This document shows, piece after piece, positions 27,426 to 36,820 of a stretch of 64,000 bases of DNA; position 1 is the stretch's first letter; every line of letters begins with the position of its first letter. The notes under the pieces were generated by a model. It saw nothing but the letters and a program-made list of their open reading frames with translations, had not been told where the DNA came from and made no database searches. Location: positions 78,444 to 142,443 of IMG/VR virus record IMGVR_UViG_3300011113_000675; one strand, written 5' to 3'. A program made the translations under genes and the position numbers. The DNA comes from a virus.

Positions 27426-27487
27426 AAAAATTACTCTGTGCATATCGTGAATCGAATTTTTTTGAAAATTTACATATTTATTTACAC

Positions 27488-27563
27488 AATCGCTCACAAA
27501 GTGAGTGTTCTCATATATCCCTTTATTTAAGACCCACATTTTTTGGTGGGTCTTATTTTTTTT
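27488..27563 (+). ncRNA. Putative small RNA
   Basis: TATTTAT at 27475-27481, hairpin CGCTCAC-AAA-GTGAGTG, terminator TAAGACCCAC/GTGGGTCTTA+T-run, no ORF within. Confidence 0.5.
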
Positions 27564-27592
27564 ACTATATTTGTATATTAAATCTAAAGACT

Positions 27593-28093
27593 ATGAACTG
27601 GAAAAACCTAACTTATCCAATCCGAAGAAAATACCAACAAATCAAACGAGTAATCGACTTTTTACCGATTATTTGGAATGGATTCGATTTTGATTACACC
27701 TATTCAATTCAACTTTTCAAGAAACAACTCGAAAGACAAGCAAAGTATTTCGAGTCGGGTAAATCATATTCAGAAAGGGCAGACCAAAATGTGTCAAGAA
27801 TCAGAACCGCAATTCGTTTGATGGATAAAGTTTATGATGAAGAATATTCCACAGAATGGCCCGATATACTCAGAGAGAAATACGGAGATGATGTTTTAGA
27901 TTGGGATTGGGAAGAAACAAGTCAAGGAAGTGGTCTTTCTTATCACAGATGGAAGTTTGAAACTTGGGATAATGCCGAAGAAATTAGACAAATGAAACTC
28001 GACCTGATTAGTAAAGGAGAGGCAAAACAAAAGAACGCCGAAGAATTATTATGGAAATTTATAGGGCACAATATTCGTTACTGGTGGGATTGA
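27593..28093 (+). CDS. Hypothetical protein
   Basis: TATATTTG box upstream; ends YWWD. Confidence 0.75.
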   Translation: MNWKNLTYPIRRKYQQIKRVIDFLPIIWNGFDFDYTYSIQLFKKQLERQAKYFESGKSYSERADQNVSRIRTAIRLMDKVYDEEYSTEWPDILREKYGDDVLDWDWEETSQGSGLSYHRWKFETWDNAEEIRQMKLDLISKGEAKQKNAEELLWKFIGHNIRYWWD

Positions 28094-28094
28094 T

Positions 28095-28226
28095 ATGAAA
28101 ATATATGAAATTTACGGGCAAATCTATCTTTTCCCATTTGTGAAAATAACCCATACCAAAAAACTCAATGGTGATTTGGAATTCATCATTGGTTGGTTGA
28201 AGTGGGAATTGACAATAAAATTATGA
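28095..28226 (+). CDS. Small hypothetical protein
   Basis: 43-aa ORF filling gap, ATGA overlap with next gene. Confidence 0.5.
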   Translation: MKIYEIYGQIYLFPFVKITHTKKLNGDLEFIIGWLKWELTIKL

Positions 28227-28903
28227 AAAAGAAAATAACATTCATCTCTGACACTCACAACAAACACAAACACCTTACAAGTAAGGGGATGGGAAATATA
28301 TTGGGTAGTGGAGATATACTCGTACACGCAGGAGACTGCACAAGTATGGGATATAAACATGAAATCGAACAGTTTTTGGAATGGTTTTCAAATACTGATT
28401 TCAAACATAAAATTTTCATTGCCGGAAATCACGATTTCGGATTCGAACAACAAACCGATATAGCGCAAGTATATAAAGACTTAGGAGTAATCTATTTGTT
28501 TGATAATGAAGTTACCATAGATGGAATAAAGTTTTATGGAAGTCCTTGGCAACCTGAATTCCACAATTGGGCGTTCAATCTGTCAAGAGGAGAAGAATTG
28601 GCAGAAAAATGGGAACAAATTCCAAATGATGTTGATGTTCTAATCACTCACGGACCAGCTTATGGAATCTTGGATTACGCTCCAATAGGTGGTCATGTTG
28701 GTTGTGAAGAATTATATCGCAAGATTGTGGAGGTGAAACCTAAAATTCACGTTTGTGGTCACATTCACGATGGATATGGGCAAAAAACTATGGGTGGAAT
28801 TGAATTTCTTAATGCTTCAGTTCTAAACGAAAGATATGAATATGCTCACAAACCAATTGTTGTAGAATACGATACTGAAACAAAAGAAATTAATTATATC
28901 TAA
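28223..28903 (+). CDS. Calcineurin-like metallophosphoesterase
   Basis: SDTH, AGD, GNHD, THGP, GHIH motifs. Confidence 0.92.
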   Translation: MKKKITFISDTHNKHKHLTSKGMGNILGSGDILVHAGDCTSMGYKHEIEQFLEWFSNTDFKHKIFIAGNHDFGFEQQTDIAQVYKDLGVIYLFDNEVTIDGIKFYGSPWQPEFHNWAFNLSRGEELAEKWEQIPNDVDVLITHGPAYGILDYAPIGGHVGCEELYRKIVEVKPKIHVCGHIHDGYGQKTMGGIEFLNASVLNERYEYAHKPIVVEYDTETKEINYI

Positions 28904-28904
28904 A

Positions 28905-29321
28905 ATGAAAAAAATGTATAAGGTCTATTTGGATGATGTCAGAACTCCATTAGATAATGATTGGGAAATTGCAAGAAATTATGACCAATTCGTAGAAATA
29001 ATCCAAAGGTTGGGATTGGAAAATATTGAAGTAATTTCTTTGGACCACGATTTGGACGACTCGGCAATTGCGGAATATTACGCCAATGCCAAACCAAATA
29101 ACACCTTGAACTATGACAACATTTTGGAGAAGACAGGTATGGATTGTTGTAAGTTTTTGGTTCAGGAAAGTATGGACACTAACATTTCTTTACCTCAAGT
29201 TTATGTTCATTCGTCCAATCCACCAGGTAGAGAAAATATGATGGGGTTAATCAACAATTATTTGAAAAGTTGCGGATTACCTGAAACCTGTGAAAGAAAA
29301 ATTGTGAAGTTCAGTGTATAA
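28905..29321 (+). CDS. Cyclic-phosphate-processing receiver-domain protein
   Basis: VYLDDVRTP, ISLDHDL, TGMDCCKFL, VHSSNPPGRENM. Confidence 0.8.
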   Translation: MKKMYKVYLDDVRTPLDNDWEIARNYDQFVEIIQRLGLENIEVISLDHDLDDSAIAEYYANAKPNNTLNYDNILEKTGMDCCKFLVQESMDTNISLPQVYVHSSNPPGRENMMGLINNYLKSCGLPETCERKIVKFSV

Positions 29322-29345
29322 AAAAAAGATGGAGAAATCCATCTT

Positions 29346-29558
29346 TTATTTTTTTGTTCGTGTACGTTTTCTCGCTTCCTGAGCCAAATCCCCTAAAGTT
29401 TTCTTTTTCTGTTCTGTAGGATGTTTGTATCCTGCCTTGTATTTGAATTCTACAGATACGGGCCCATTTCTATTAATATCCGAATTGTACTTAAAAACAG
29501 ATATTGATTCCTCATCTTCGAATGTAATCTCCCACTTTGTTGTTCCTGATGTTCTCAT
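29346..29558 (-). CDS. Hypothetical protein
   Basis: TATCTTTG box just upstream. Confidence 0.6.
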   Translation of the reverse strand: MRTSGTTKWEITFEDEESISVFKYNSDINRNGPVSVEFKYKAGYKHPTEQKKKTLGDLAQEARKRTRTKK

Positions 29559-29621
29559 AGAACAAAGATACTCAACTTTTTCATAAAAAAAACCCCCACT
29601 CTTTCGGGTGGGGATTTTTTG

Positions 29622-29873
29622 TTACTCTTCGATTGAGTCTGACTTACCTTTGTTAATCCACTTGTCGACAGAACCGATTCCAAAGGAACCAAGAACTAAC
29701 CACAAGAATGAATTAAAGATAAATTCGTTAATCACAAGATCTTTCCCTAAAGTTCCTGTTACGATGTCGGCAATAGCGAATCCAGCCATCATTAAGAAAG
29801 CTAAGAAACCTACAACACTTTTTTCATTGATTGAGTTGTTGTCATTGAACAACTGAGATAAGAATTTTTTCAT
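29622..29873 (-). CDS. Holin-like 2-TM protein
   Basis: 83 aa, two TM helices, charged C-terminus; TATTTAT upstream. Confidence 0.55.
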   Translation of the reverse strand: MKKFLSQLFNDNNSINEKSVVGFLAFLMMAGFAIADIVTGTLGKDLVINEFIFNSFLWLVLGSFGIGSVDKWINKGKSDSIEE

Positions 29874-29930
29874 AGTATTTTGGTAATTTACTTACCAATA
29901 AATATCAGAGAAAACCTATAACTTTAGTTG

Positions 29931-31061
29931 TTAGAAATTTTGAGATTGCTTTATTCTTAAAATAAAATTATCAACTACAGTCTGACACTCTGCCTGAGTA
30001 ACTAATTGTCCTCCGTTTTTACTCAATAAAGTTTTAATTGTCAAAATATTTTGTGTACCTGCACCTGTCGTGTAAAGATATCCTCCACAACCCCCAACAT
30101 TAGTTGGTTGTGCGAAAGAAGTTACAGTTCCAAATGTCGAGTTCCAATTAGGGTGACCTAATAAAATATATAAGTCACAGTGTGATGGATCTCCAGCATT
30201 GTAAGTCTCTCGGAAGAATGAGTAGACGGTAAATCCACTTACAGTTGCTCCACTATAAATTGTTCCACTAGCTAACGTTCCTCCTCCATCAGCTCCTGAA
30301 TTACCTCCTGTTTGAAATCCAATAGGTAGGTTAGGACCATAAGTTTCATTGTCTCTCGATCCCAAAACTGTTAGTGGTAAATAGGTTAAACTTTGTGTTC
30401 CAGTGTATTGTTGATATCCCAAACTAATGTATCCAAAACTCGTGTCTAAAGTTTGAGTTGTTGCAGATTGAGTGTAATCAACCGCGAATGGGTATGCTCC
30501 TGGATTATAACCTCCAGTACCAACGTATTCAGTGTTTGCAACTATCCATGGTGAAGAAATATTACCATTATCATACATGTCTCCACCTCCGTCCTCTATG
30601 AAATAACTATTACCATCCAATTGATAAGCGTAAAAACTTGGATTCCTGAATTCAGGCATGTAATTTCTTAAATATTCTGCTATAGTTTGAAGTTCAGAAT
30701 ACGGTGTTTTTGGAGAATAAGATGTCCAATATCCATTTGCATTCAACCAAGTTGCGGCGTCTGTACCACCTGTAAAGCTCTGGCCAAATAAACTATTTGT
30801 ATATTGAACAAAAGAGTTTTCAGTCAATAATGGACTTCTAAAAAAGCCTACAGATGCAGTCACACCCGATAATGGTGTTGGTTGAGTATTTCCTGAAACC
30901 GACTGAGCAATGACGTATCCTAATTCTTCATCGGGTCCATTCCAATACTGTGGACTATTGGTAAATCCTGATGTTGGGGCCCCGATTGATAAGTCCCCTA
31001 TTTGAGATGTTCCTGCAATTGAGGGTCCTGGATTGTATGCGAAAGGTCTTGCTTTTGCCAT
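29931..31061 (-). CDS. Putative virion structural/fibre protein
   Basis: G/S/T/N-rich beta protein; TATTTAT upstream. Confidence 0.55.
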   Translation of the reverse strand: MAKARPFAYNPGPSIAGTSQIGDLSIGAPTSGFTNSPQYWNGPDEELGYVIAQSVSGNTQPTPLSGVTASVGFFRSPLLTENSFVQYTNSLFGQSFTGGTDAATWLNANGYWTSYSPKTPYSELQTIAEYLRNYMPEFRNPSFYAYQLDGNSYFIEDGGGDMYDNGNISSPWIVANTEYVGTGGYNPGAYPFAVDYTQSATTQTLDTSFGYISLGYQQYTGTQSLTYLPLTVLGSRDNETYGPNLPIGFQTGGNSGADGGGTLASGTIYSGATVSGFTVYSFFRETYNAGDPSHCDLYILLGHPNWNSTFGTVTSFAQPTNVGGCGGYLYTTGAGTQNILTIKTLLSKNGGQLVTQAECQTVVDNFILRIKQSQNF

Positions 31062-31090
31062 GATTTTTTAATAATAAATATACAGGCACT

Positions 31091-31250
31091 AAAAAAGGGG
31101 ACACCGTCGTGTCCCCCAATTTTCCCCGTCGAGAAAATGTAGCGTGTCTTGTTGGATTAGGCTGATCACAAACCTCAAGGATGGATGGTCCTTTGTTTTA
31201 TTTATCGTCTCAAAACATCCAATAGTGACGTGTTTAATTCTATCTTTTTC
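31091..31250 (-). ncRNA. Putative structured RNA (four-way junction) ending in a terminator
   Basis: TTGGAT/ATCCAA closing stem around three hairpins; GGGGACAC/GTGTCCCC+T6; TATCTTTG box at 31256-31263. Confidence 0.4.
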
Positions 31251-31385
31251 AAGGTCAAAGATACAGGAAACAACAACTTCTAACCTCCGATACCTGATTT
31301 TACGTTTTTCTAATTTATAAAGCGGAGAAGAAATTGTGAAGGTGAGTAAGGGAAAACACCACTATCAAACATTCCGCTATCCATT

Positions 31386-31478
31386 TGGTGGCTGGGAGTG
31401 GGTTCGAACCACTGGCTCATCGGTGTTCACCCGATTGCTCTACCATGAATTCCGAAGAACTCCTGAGCTACCACAACC
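31386..31478 (-). tRNA. Aberrant tRNA-Phe(GAA)-like gene with D-loop hairpin insertion, CCA encoded
   Basis: ATCGG-GTGAACA-CCGAT anticodon arm, AGTGG-TTCGAAC-CCACT T arm, GAGTTC-TTCG-GAATTC inside D loop. Confidence 0.7.
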
Positions 31479-31699
31479 ATATTGTTTCTCAGGGTTTGGA
31501 ACCGAGTATCTTTCATCACCTGTAAGTCCCAAACCCTTTACAAATATAGAAAATTGTTTTCGGACTGTCAAACTATTTATGAAAAAAAGCCTCCCCTTTT
31601 TTGGGGCGTTTAGGACCGTTCCAGTTATGGGACAATTTAAGAGAACGATTCGCTACCGTTCTCTTTTTTTTGTTGCAACTATTTATAGAAAAAAATAAT

Positions 31700-31837
31700 A
31701 TGGCAAAAGGTACAAAGGGTGGATCTTCATCCCAATCTCGTAAAATTTCATTTGGAAAGAAAAGAACAGGTGTTGCAAAAAAAAGTTATTCCAAATACGA
31801 GCAAAAACCTAAAAAATATTTGGGTCAGGGAAGATAA
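31700..31837 (+). CDS. Small basic protein
   Basis: MAKGTKGG...KKYLGQGR, 45 aa, K-rich; TATTTAT upstream. Confidence 0.7.
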   Translation: MAKGTKGGSSSQSRKISFGKKRTGVAKKSYSKYEQKPKKYLGQGR

Positions 31838-31874
31838 ACCGAGTTTTTTTATTTTTTTTTAATATATTTTTATC

Positions 31875-32165
31875 ATGTCAGATAAGAAACGTAGATTCTA
31901 TCGCCTTTTGGAAACCTATATGAATAAGTGTCGAAAAGAAGAGATTGAACTTGTATACGGTAAAGACGCAAAAATTAAAATTCACAATTGGACCCATAAT
32001 GTTAAAGGAGACCAATTTATATTTGAATTAATTGTTGTGTTGGGAAATACGATTAACGAATCCGTTATGGACACAGGTCTCGCCGAAGTCTTATTAAAAG
32101 ATGCTCTACAATATTTTTATCCCGAAGTAACAAAAGTATGTTATATGACAAGATTTGATGTCTGA
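31875..32165 (+). CDS. Hypothetical protein
   Basis: 96-aa ORF. Confidence 0.6.
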   Translation: MSDKKRRFYRLLETYMNKCRKEEIELVYGKDAKIKIHNWTHNVKGDQFIFELIVVLGNTINESVMDTGLAEVLLKDALQYFYPEVTKVCYMTRFDV

Positions 32166-32167
32166 GA

Positions 32168-32452
32168 TTATAGACCTGTAGGATTTTTGGATTGTAAAAA
32201 TTCAACTTTGACTGTTAGAGCCGCCACTTGTTCTGTAAGTTTCAAAATTGTTGCTCTCATTTCGTCCTTTTCTCTCGATGAACTTTCTAAAAGTGCTTCT
32301 AATTTGGCTATTCTGTCTTTGCAGTCATGTCGGATGAAATCTTCATCTCTTTCTCTTTTCATTGCTCTTTTTTCATAAAATCTCCAAGCTGAACCTCCAC
32401 CTAAAACTGTAATCAGAGTCATTACGACCGTCCAAATAGTTTGTGTCTCCAT
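32168..32452 (-). CDS. TM plus coiled-coil protein (possible lysis accessory)
   Basis: N-terminal TM, heptad repeat; TATTTAT upstream. Confidence 0.6.
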   Translation of the reverse strand: METQTIWTVVMTLITVLGGGSAWRFYEKRAMKRERDEDFIRHDCKDRIAKLEALLESSSREKDEMRATILKLTEQVAALTVKVEFLQSKNPTGL

Positions 32453-32596
32453 TTTTGCACTTTTTGATGATAAATATAAGAGAAAAGATAAATAAATTAT
32501 TTTTTGAACAAAAAACTTTTAGTCGAAAGGGCAATAATTATTATTCTTATAGAATAATAATATAATATTAAAAATATAAAAACTAGTGCACTAGTT

Positions 32597-32845
32597 CTAA
32601 GTAAAATCCACACAACACTCAAAACCAAATAATGAATTTAAAAAATTTGTTACGTCCATTACTGTGTCGACACCAGTCTCATTTTTTTTCAGTTGTATAA
32701 AAAAAGTATGAGAATCTGGAACCCAATCATCTTTGATTTCATCGTGTAGATAAGTTGGTAATACGACCATGTCCACAACTTCCAAATTTGGGAATGAATT
32801 TTTGAGAGCTTTTAAACAAATTTTTTTTAATTTATCTTCGACCAT
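32597..32845 (-). CDS. Hypothetical protein
   Basis: ORF in operon. Confidence 0.55.
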   Translation of the reverse strand: MVEDKLKKICLKALKNSFPNLEVVDMVVLPTYLHDEIKDDWVPDSHTFFIQLKKNETGVDTVMDVTNFLNSLFGFECCVDFT

Positions 32846-33210
32846 GTCATATCACTGTTTAATACTGTGGAATAAAGATATTTTTGATTCCATAAGGAAG
32901 GTTCAATTATGGAAAGAAACTTTGTCCCATCCTTTTTCTCGTAGAGGTGGTAAATCTCCCCTATAATCGGTTCAAATCTATAAGATGAGTCGTAGACCTC
33001 CTGAGTAATAAGAAACGAATTTTGAAGGGTTTCTGCCTCTTTTAGGAGTTCTTGATATCTTCGGTTGAATATCTTGTTTGCTTTATCGGTTCCGTTTTGT
33101 TTGAACGGTGTCAAATCGGTGGGTACAATCTTTGGGGCACCAACATGATGGGGATATTCCATCAAATTTGGAGTCAAATTTACTTTATCGATATGAGATT
33201 GTGTTGACAT
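32827..33210 (-). CDS. DUF2452-like protein
   Basis: YP..VGAPKI.P, FEPIIGEIYHLY, FLSIIEP..W, LNSDMTW. Confidence 0.7.
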   Translation of the reverse strand: MSTQSHIDKVNLTPNLMEYPHHVGAPKIVPTDLTPFKQNGTDKANKIFNRRYQELLKEAETLQNSFLITQEVYDSSYRFEPIIGEIYHLYEKKDGTKFLSIIEPSLWNQKYLYSTVLNSDMTWSKIN

Positions 33211-33266
33211 AAAAAAACCTCGGATATACCGAGGTTAAATATAAACATTATTTTTTGAGATACAAA

Positions 33267-33764
33267 TTATTCTCCTTTTATCATTCCCAAGCTGTGTTTC
33301 AAAAATTCTTTTGCTCTTTGAGAAACATTGGACAAGGCATAAACTTTTTCGATGTCCTTTACAAGTTCCTCACCGTGTTCGTTTTCTTTGTACAACTCGA
33401 TAATTTTATCCATCGCTTTATTACATTGATTTTTGGTTTCATCAAAATAGTTGTAGGGTTTGAATGCTTTCAAATGATTCATGATGTTATATGCAACATG
33501 CTCTCCACCATCAGTAATATTAGGGTGAATTCTCAAAGTCTTTAATAATTCAATTCTATCAGTAAGGGCTCCTACACCATTTTTTCGAAGTTGTACTCCC
33601 TCGATATAGTCTTCAAGTTCGTCAGATCCAACAATGTCTTCAAGGGTCTTAACGTTTCCACCATGACAGAATTTTCTATCACCTTTTTCTTCTGATTGCT
33701 CAATCATGTATAATTTTTTGATTGACTGTTTTTCTTCTTCTGTAAGTACAAATCTTTTGCTCAT
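33267..33764 (-). CDS. Leader-bearing hypothetical protein
   Basis: MSKRFVLTEEEKQSIKKLYMIEQ; TATTTAT upstream. Confidence 0.75.
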   Translation of the reverse strand: MSKRFVLTEEEKQSIKKLYMIEQSEEKGDRKFCHGGNVKTLEDIVGSDELEDYIEGVQLRKNGVGALTDRIELLKTLRIHPNITDGGEHVAYNIMNHLKAFKPYNYFDETKNQCNKAMDKIIELYKENEHGEELVKDIEKVYALSNVSQRAKEFLKHSLGMIKGE

Positions 33765-33820
33765 ACCGATAAATATATCAATCATTGTAAATTACTAATC
33801 TATTTATCCATAAAAAACAC

Positions 33821-34468
33821 ATGAAAAGAATTTTATACTTTATATCAGTAATTTTATTATCCCTATTATTTGCGAGTTCAACTCAGCTACAAGATGAGGT
33901 GGTTCTAAAACACACAAATTACACTTCAACATTTAGCATCTCAAAAAAATATCCCGTGATTGTTGAGTGGTGGGTTACAAAGGCAAAGGTAAGTTGTCCA
34001 ACACCTTTAAAAAGAAAAGATAATTTCAAACCAGATCCATTATTACCACAACACACAGACATTGCGAAGGATTATGTAGGTAGTGGATATGATAGAGGAC
34101 ATATGATGCCAGCGGCAGACAATTTATGTCAGACTCAACAGATTCAAGACGAAAGTTTTTATTTTTCTAACATGGCGGCTCAAACACATAGGTTAAATGC
34201 TGGAGATTGGAAATCATTGGAAACATTTACTCGGGACGAATCTAAGTTGAAGGATTCAATCCATGTTTGGGCGGGTAATGTTGGGGAAGTAAAAAAAATA
34301 GGAAGTGTGTCCGTCCCAAAATATTGTTGGAAAGTTATTCACATTAAAAAGGAAAATAAGTGGGTAGCGTACTTGTTTGAAAACAATACGTCAGCTCCTG
34401 ATGGATTCAAAAACAACGAAGTCGCCCTTAAGGACATTATGTCCTTAACTGGTTTTACATTTCGCTAA
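33821..34468 (+). CDS. DNA/RNA non-specific endonuclease (NucA/EndoG type), secreted
   Basis: Signal peptide; GYDRGHMMP, SNMAAQ, LNAGDWKSLE, VPKYCWKV. Confidence 0.9.
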   Translation: MKRILYFISVILLSLLFASSTQLQDEVVLKHTNYTSTFSISKKYPVIVEWWVTKAKVSCPTPLKRKDNFKPDPLLPQHTDIAKDYVGSGYDRGHMMPAADNLCQTQQIQDESFYFSNMAAQTHRLNAGDWKSLETFTRDESKLKDSIHVWAGNVGEVKKIGSVSVPKYCWKVIHIKKENKWVAYLFENNTSAPDGFKNNEVALKDIMSLTGFTFR

Positions 34469-34682
34469 ACAAATATTTGTTAATATTGTCTATAGTGAAG
34501 ACCGTTTCTCTCTTATCATAGACATGTTCCCACAATGTTTTGTTTTTAAGATATGGGTGAGGTTGAGACTTCGCCCATTTTTTTCCCATCTCATAGTCTT
34601 CGACTTTGTAGGTTAATTTTTTAGTTGGTTTTGTTGCGAACCAACTTCTCACCGTCATTTTTAGTTGATGTATCATAAGCAT
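34455..34682 (-). CDS. Hypothetical protein
   Basis: 75-aa ORF. Confidence 0.5.
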   Translation of the reverse strand: MLMIHQLKMTVRSWFATKPTKKLTYKVEDYEMGKKWAKSQPHPYLKNKTLWEHVYDKRETVFTIDNINKYLFSEM

Positions 34683-34716
34683 AAAAAAACCCCTAATGTA
34701 AGGGGTCTAAAGTTTT

Positions 34717-34911
34717 TTATAGATATAATTTCTGTGTATCCAAATAAAGTTGTTTCATTCGTCCTTCCAAAATAGTAATTTGTTTTTGGTCGGCTTCCGA
34801 AACATCAAAACTTTTGGCTTTAATCAGTCTAACTTGTTCCGCCATTTTTTCGTATCTGAATAACATGTCGTTGTAAAGTTTTGCTTTTTCGTCGTTTGTT
34901 AAATAACCCAT
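34717..34911 (-). CDS. Small coiled-coil protein
   Basis: TATTTAT upstream, terminator downstream. Confidence 0.6.
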   Translation of the reverse strand: MGYLTNDEKAKLYNDMLFRYEKMAEQVRLIKAKSFDVSEADQKQITILEGRMKQLYLDTQKLYL

Positions 34912-34956
34912 AATTTTGTTTTTTATAAATATATTCTGAGATTTTAAAATTGTAAA

Positions 34957-35238
34957 TTACTTTTCGTATTTGATTTCGGTATGTGCTTTCTTAATTCCGT
35001 CAAGACCTTTATAAATCAAATCCTTAACTTCAGGACGAGTTTTCTTTCCTCCCTTAAACATTGATATTAATTCTTCCAAACTATCAATTACTTCTTCACT
35101 TGCATCGATTACATCCAAATTACCATTATCAGTGTCTGTTTGCATGGGTTGTGTATATATGTCCAAGTCCATGGCAACACTATTTGACCCTGTTTCAACT
35201 AATTTTTTATATTGACTTTCACTAATAATGACTTTCAT
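34957..35238 (-). CDS. Leader-bearing hypothetical protein
   Basis: MKVIISESQYKKLVE. Confidence 0.75.
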   Translation of the reverse strand: MKVIISESQYKKLVETGSNSVAMDLDIYTQPMQTDTDNGNLDVIDASEEVIDSLEELISMFKGGKKTRPEVKDLIYKGLDGIKKAHTEIKYEK

Positions 35239-35273
35239 CGTAATCTCGATTATATTTATAAATACATAAAAGT

Positions 35274-35864
35274 ATGGATATGAGACAAATTATAAAATTA
35301 ATCTTCGTTTTGTCATTAGTTATTATGACATCTTGTTCAAGTCAACAAGGAATAGTTTATAGAAATTGTGATTGTAATACCACAAACTTTGGGTTTGGAT
35401 GGAATAATAATCCATATTGGGGGTTAAACAACGGATTTTATGGATGGAATAACCCATTTTGGGGATGGAATAGTTGGAATTGGTACCCTTATCGTGTAAT
35501 TCCGAGATATTACGTATATCCGAATAGAATTCAACCATCTGAACCTTCGAGATATGAAAGAAGACAGACTATTGGAGCTAGACCAAGTAGAAGTTTCCAA
35601 AATGAACCAAGTAATACAGATAATTTGTATCCAAGAAGAACTGAATCGAACAGATTTGAGAATCAAACTCCAAATAGATGGGAATCACCATCTAGAACTC
35701 AACCAAATAGAGTAGAAACACCTTCGAGGGTTCAACAAAGGACCAATTCAAACGTTAACACTCAACCAAGTCGTGTGGAATCACCTTCAAGAGTCCAACA
35801 ACGAACAAATACACCTGTCACAACACAACCAACAAGAAGTAGAGTCCAAAACAGGGAAAATTAA
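35274..35864 (+). CDS. Lipoprotein with W/N/G-rich segment and PSR/ESP repeats
   Basis: Lipobox MTSC; GWNNP repeats; RVESPSRVQQRTN repeats. Confidence 0.7.
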   Translation: MDMRQIIKLIFVLSLVIMTSCSSQQGIVYRNCDCNTTNFGFGWNNNPYWGLNNGFYGWNNPFWGWNSWNWYPYRVIPRYYVYPNRIQPSEPSRYERRQTIGARPSRSFQNEPSNTDNLYPRRTESNRFENQTPNRWESPSRTQPNRVETPSRVQQRTNSNVNTQPSRVESPSRVQQRTNTPVTTQPTRSRVQNREN

Positions 35865-36070
35865 GGTTTTTTTGGTTTTTTTGAGGATTTATCCTTCCAT
35901 TCTAACCAAAAACCTGTTGCAACAACGATATTCATGCCCATGGACGCAATAATTTCATGTAAATCATCGTAAATGTTGGTTGTTAGGTGTACATGCCCAA
36001 CAATCCAAAAAGGAATTGATAAATTCGAGGCAATCCACTTAATCAAAAACTTAAAAAACTTCAATTTCAT
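35861..36070 (-). CDS. Small membrane protein
   Basis: Two hydrophobic segments. Confidence 0.55.
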   Translation of the reverse strand: MKLKFFKFLIKWIASNLSIPFWIVGHVHLTTNIYDDLHEIIASMGMNIVVATGFWLEWKDKSSKKPKKP

Positions 36071-36521
36071 GTAAAAAATGTTCTACTGTAATGTTTTTTT
36101 CGGGAATGTGCTTTTTGAGCTCCAAAAATCGTCTTACAAGACTGTATGGAAACCCATATCGTTCATTAAGTTTCCAATTTTTGGTATTTTCTTGGGTAAT
36201 TCCGTCAATATAATAAGAAATATCCAAACTTCTCCTTGAAATTTGGTTTATTGGGTGTCCAAAACTACTTTCTACCCATTTTTTTAACAAAATTTGATAT
36301 TCTTTCTGTTCCAAAGAGAAAAAATAAAAAAAATCATCAAAAAACTTCGGGTTATAGTGTAATTTTCCCTCACTATCGTACTGAAAATACCAATTTACCT
36401 CTTCTAAATCCAAAATCCATATATCTTTACCATAGGGATAGTAAATTTTACCCGATATTTCATTAAAAAGTCGTTGAAAAATGAATTTTCTCAGTTTTTT
36501 ATTGTCTATTATAGTCACCAA
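36051..36521 (-). CDS. Hypothetical protein, paralogue of 43814-44539
   Basis: IWILD..NWYFQY..EGKL...FF..FSL...WVE. Confidence 0.65.
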   Translation of the reverse strand: MVTIIDNKKLRKFIFQRLFNEISGKIYYPYGKDIWILDLEEVNWYFQYDSEGKLHYNPKFFDDFFYFFSLEQKEYQILLKKWVESSFGHPINQISRRSLDISYYIDGITQENTKNWKLNERYGFPYSLVRRFLELKKHIPEKNITVEHFLHEIEVF

Positions 36522-36820
36522 AAAAAAAATATATTATAAATTATATAAAGAACATAGGTATATACAAAAAAACCCTCATTCAATGAGGGATTTATTTGGA
36601 TTTTCTTTTCGTTAAAAAATAACGTATCCCTTTTACATCGAAAAACTCAGTGCCGACCTCAAAAACATGTTTTTTCAGAGGTTCGAACGTCAAAACTTCA
36701 TCAGAATATTTTAAGAGAATCCTGTTTTCTTCGATTTTAATTAAATTGATATTTTCCATAACTAAAATATAAGAAATTTTTCCAATAAAAAAAACCTCAC
36801 TTCAAAGGTGAGGTCAAATT

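Noticed and set aside
31089-31478. tmRNA
   Set aside because: The tRNA-like domain is complete by itself with an anticodon arm, and no tag peptide ending in Ala-Ala is present.
31336-31698. 120-aa plus-strand ORF from the track
   Set aside because: Antisense to the tRNA-Phe-like gene and its promoter; no protein-like features.
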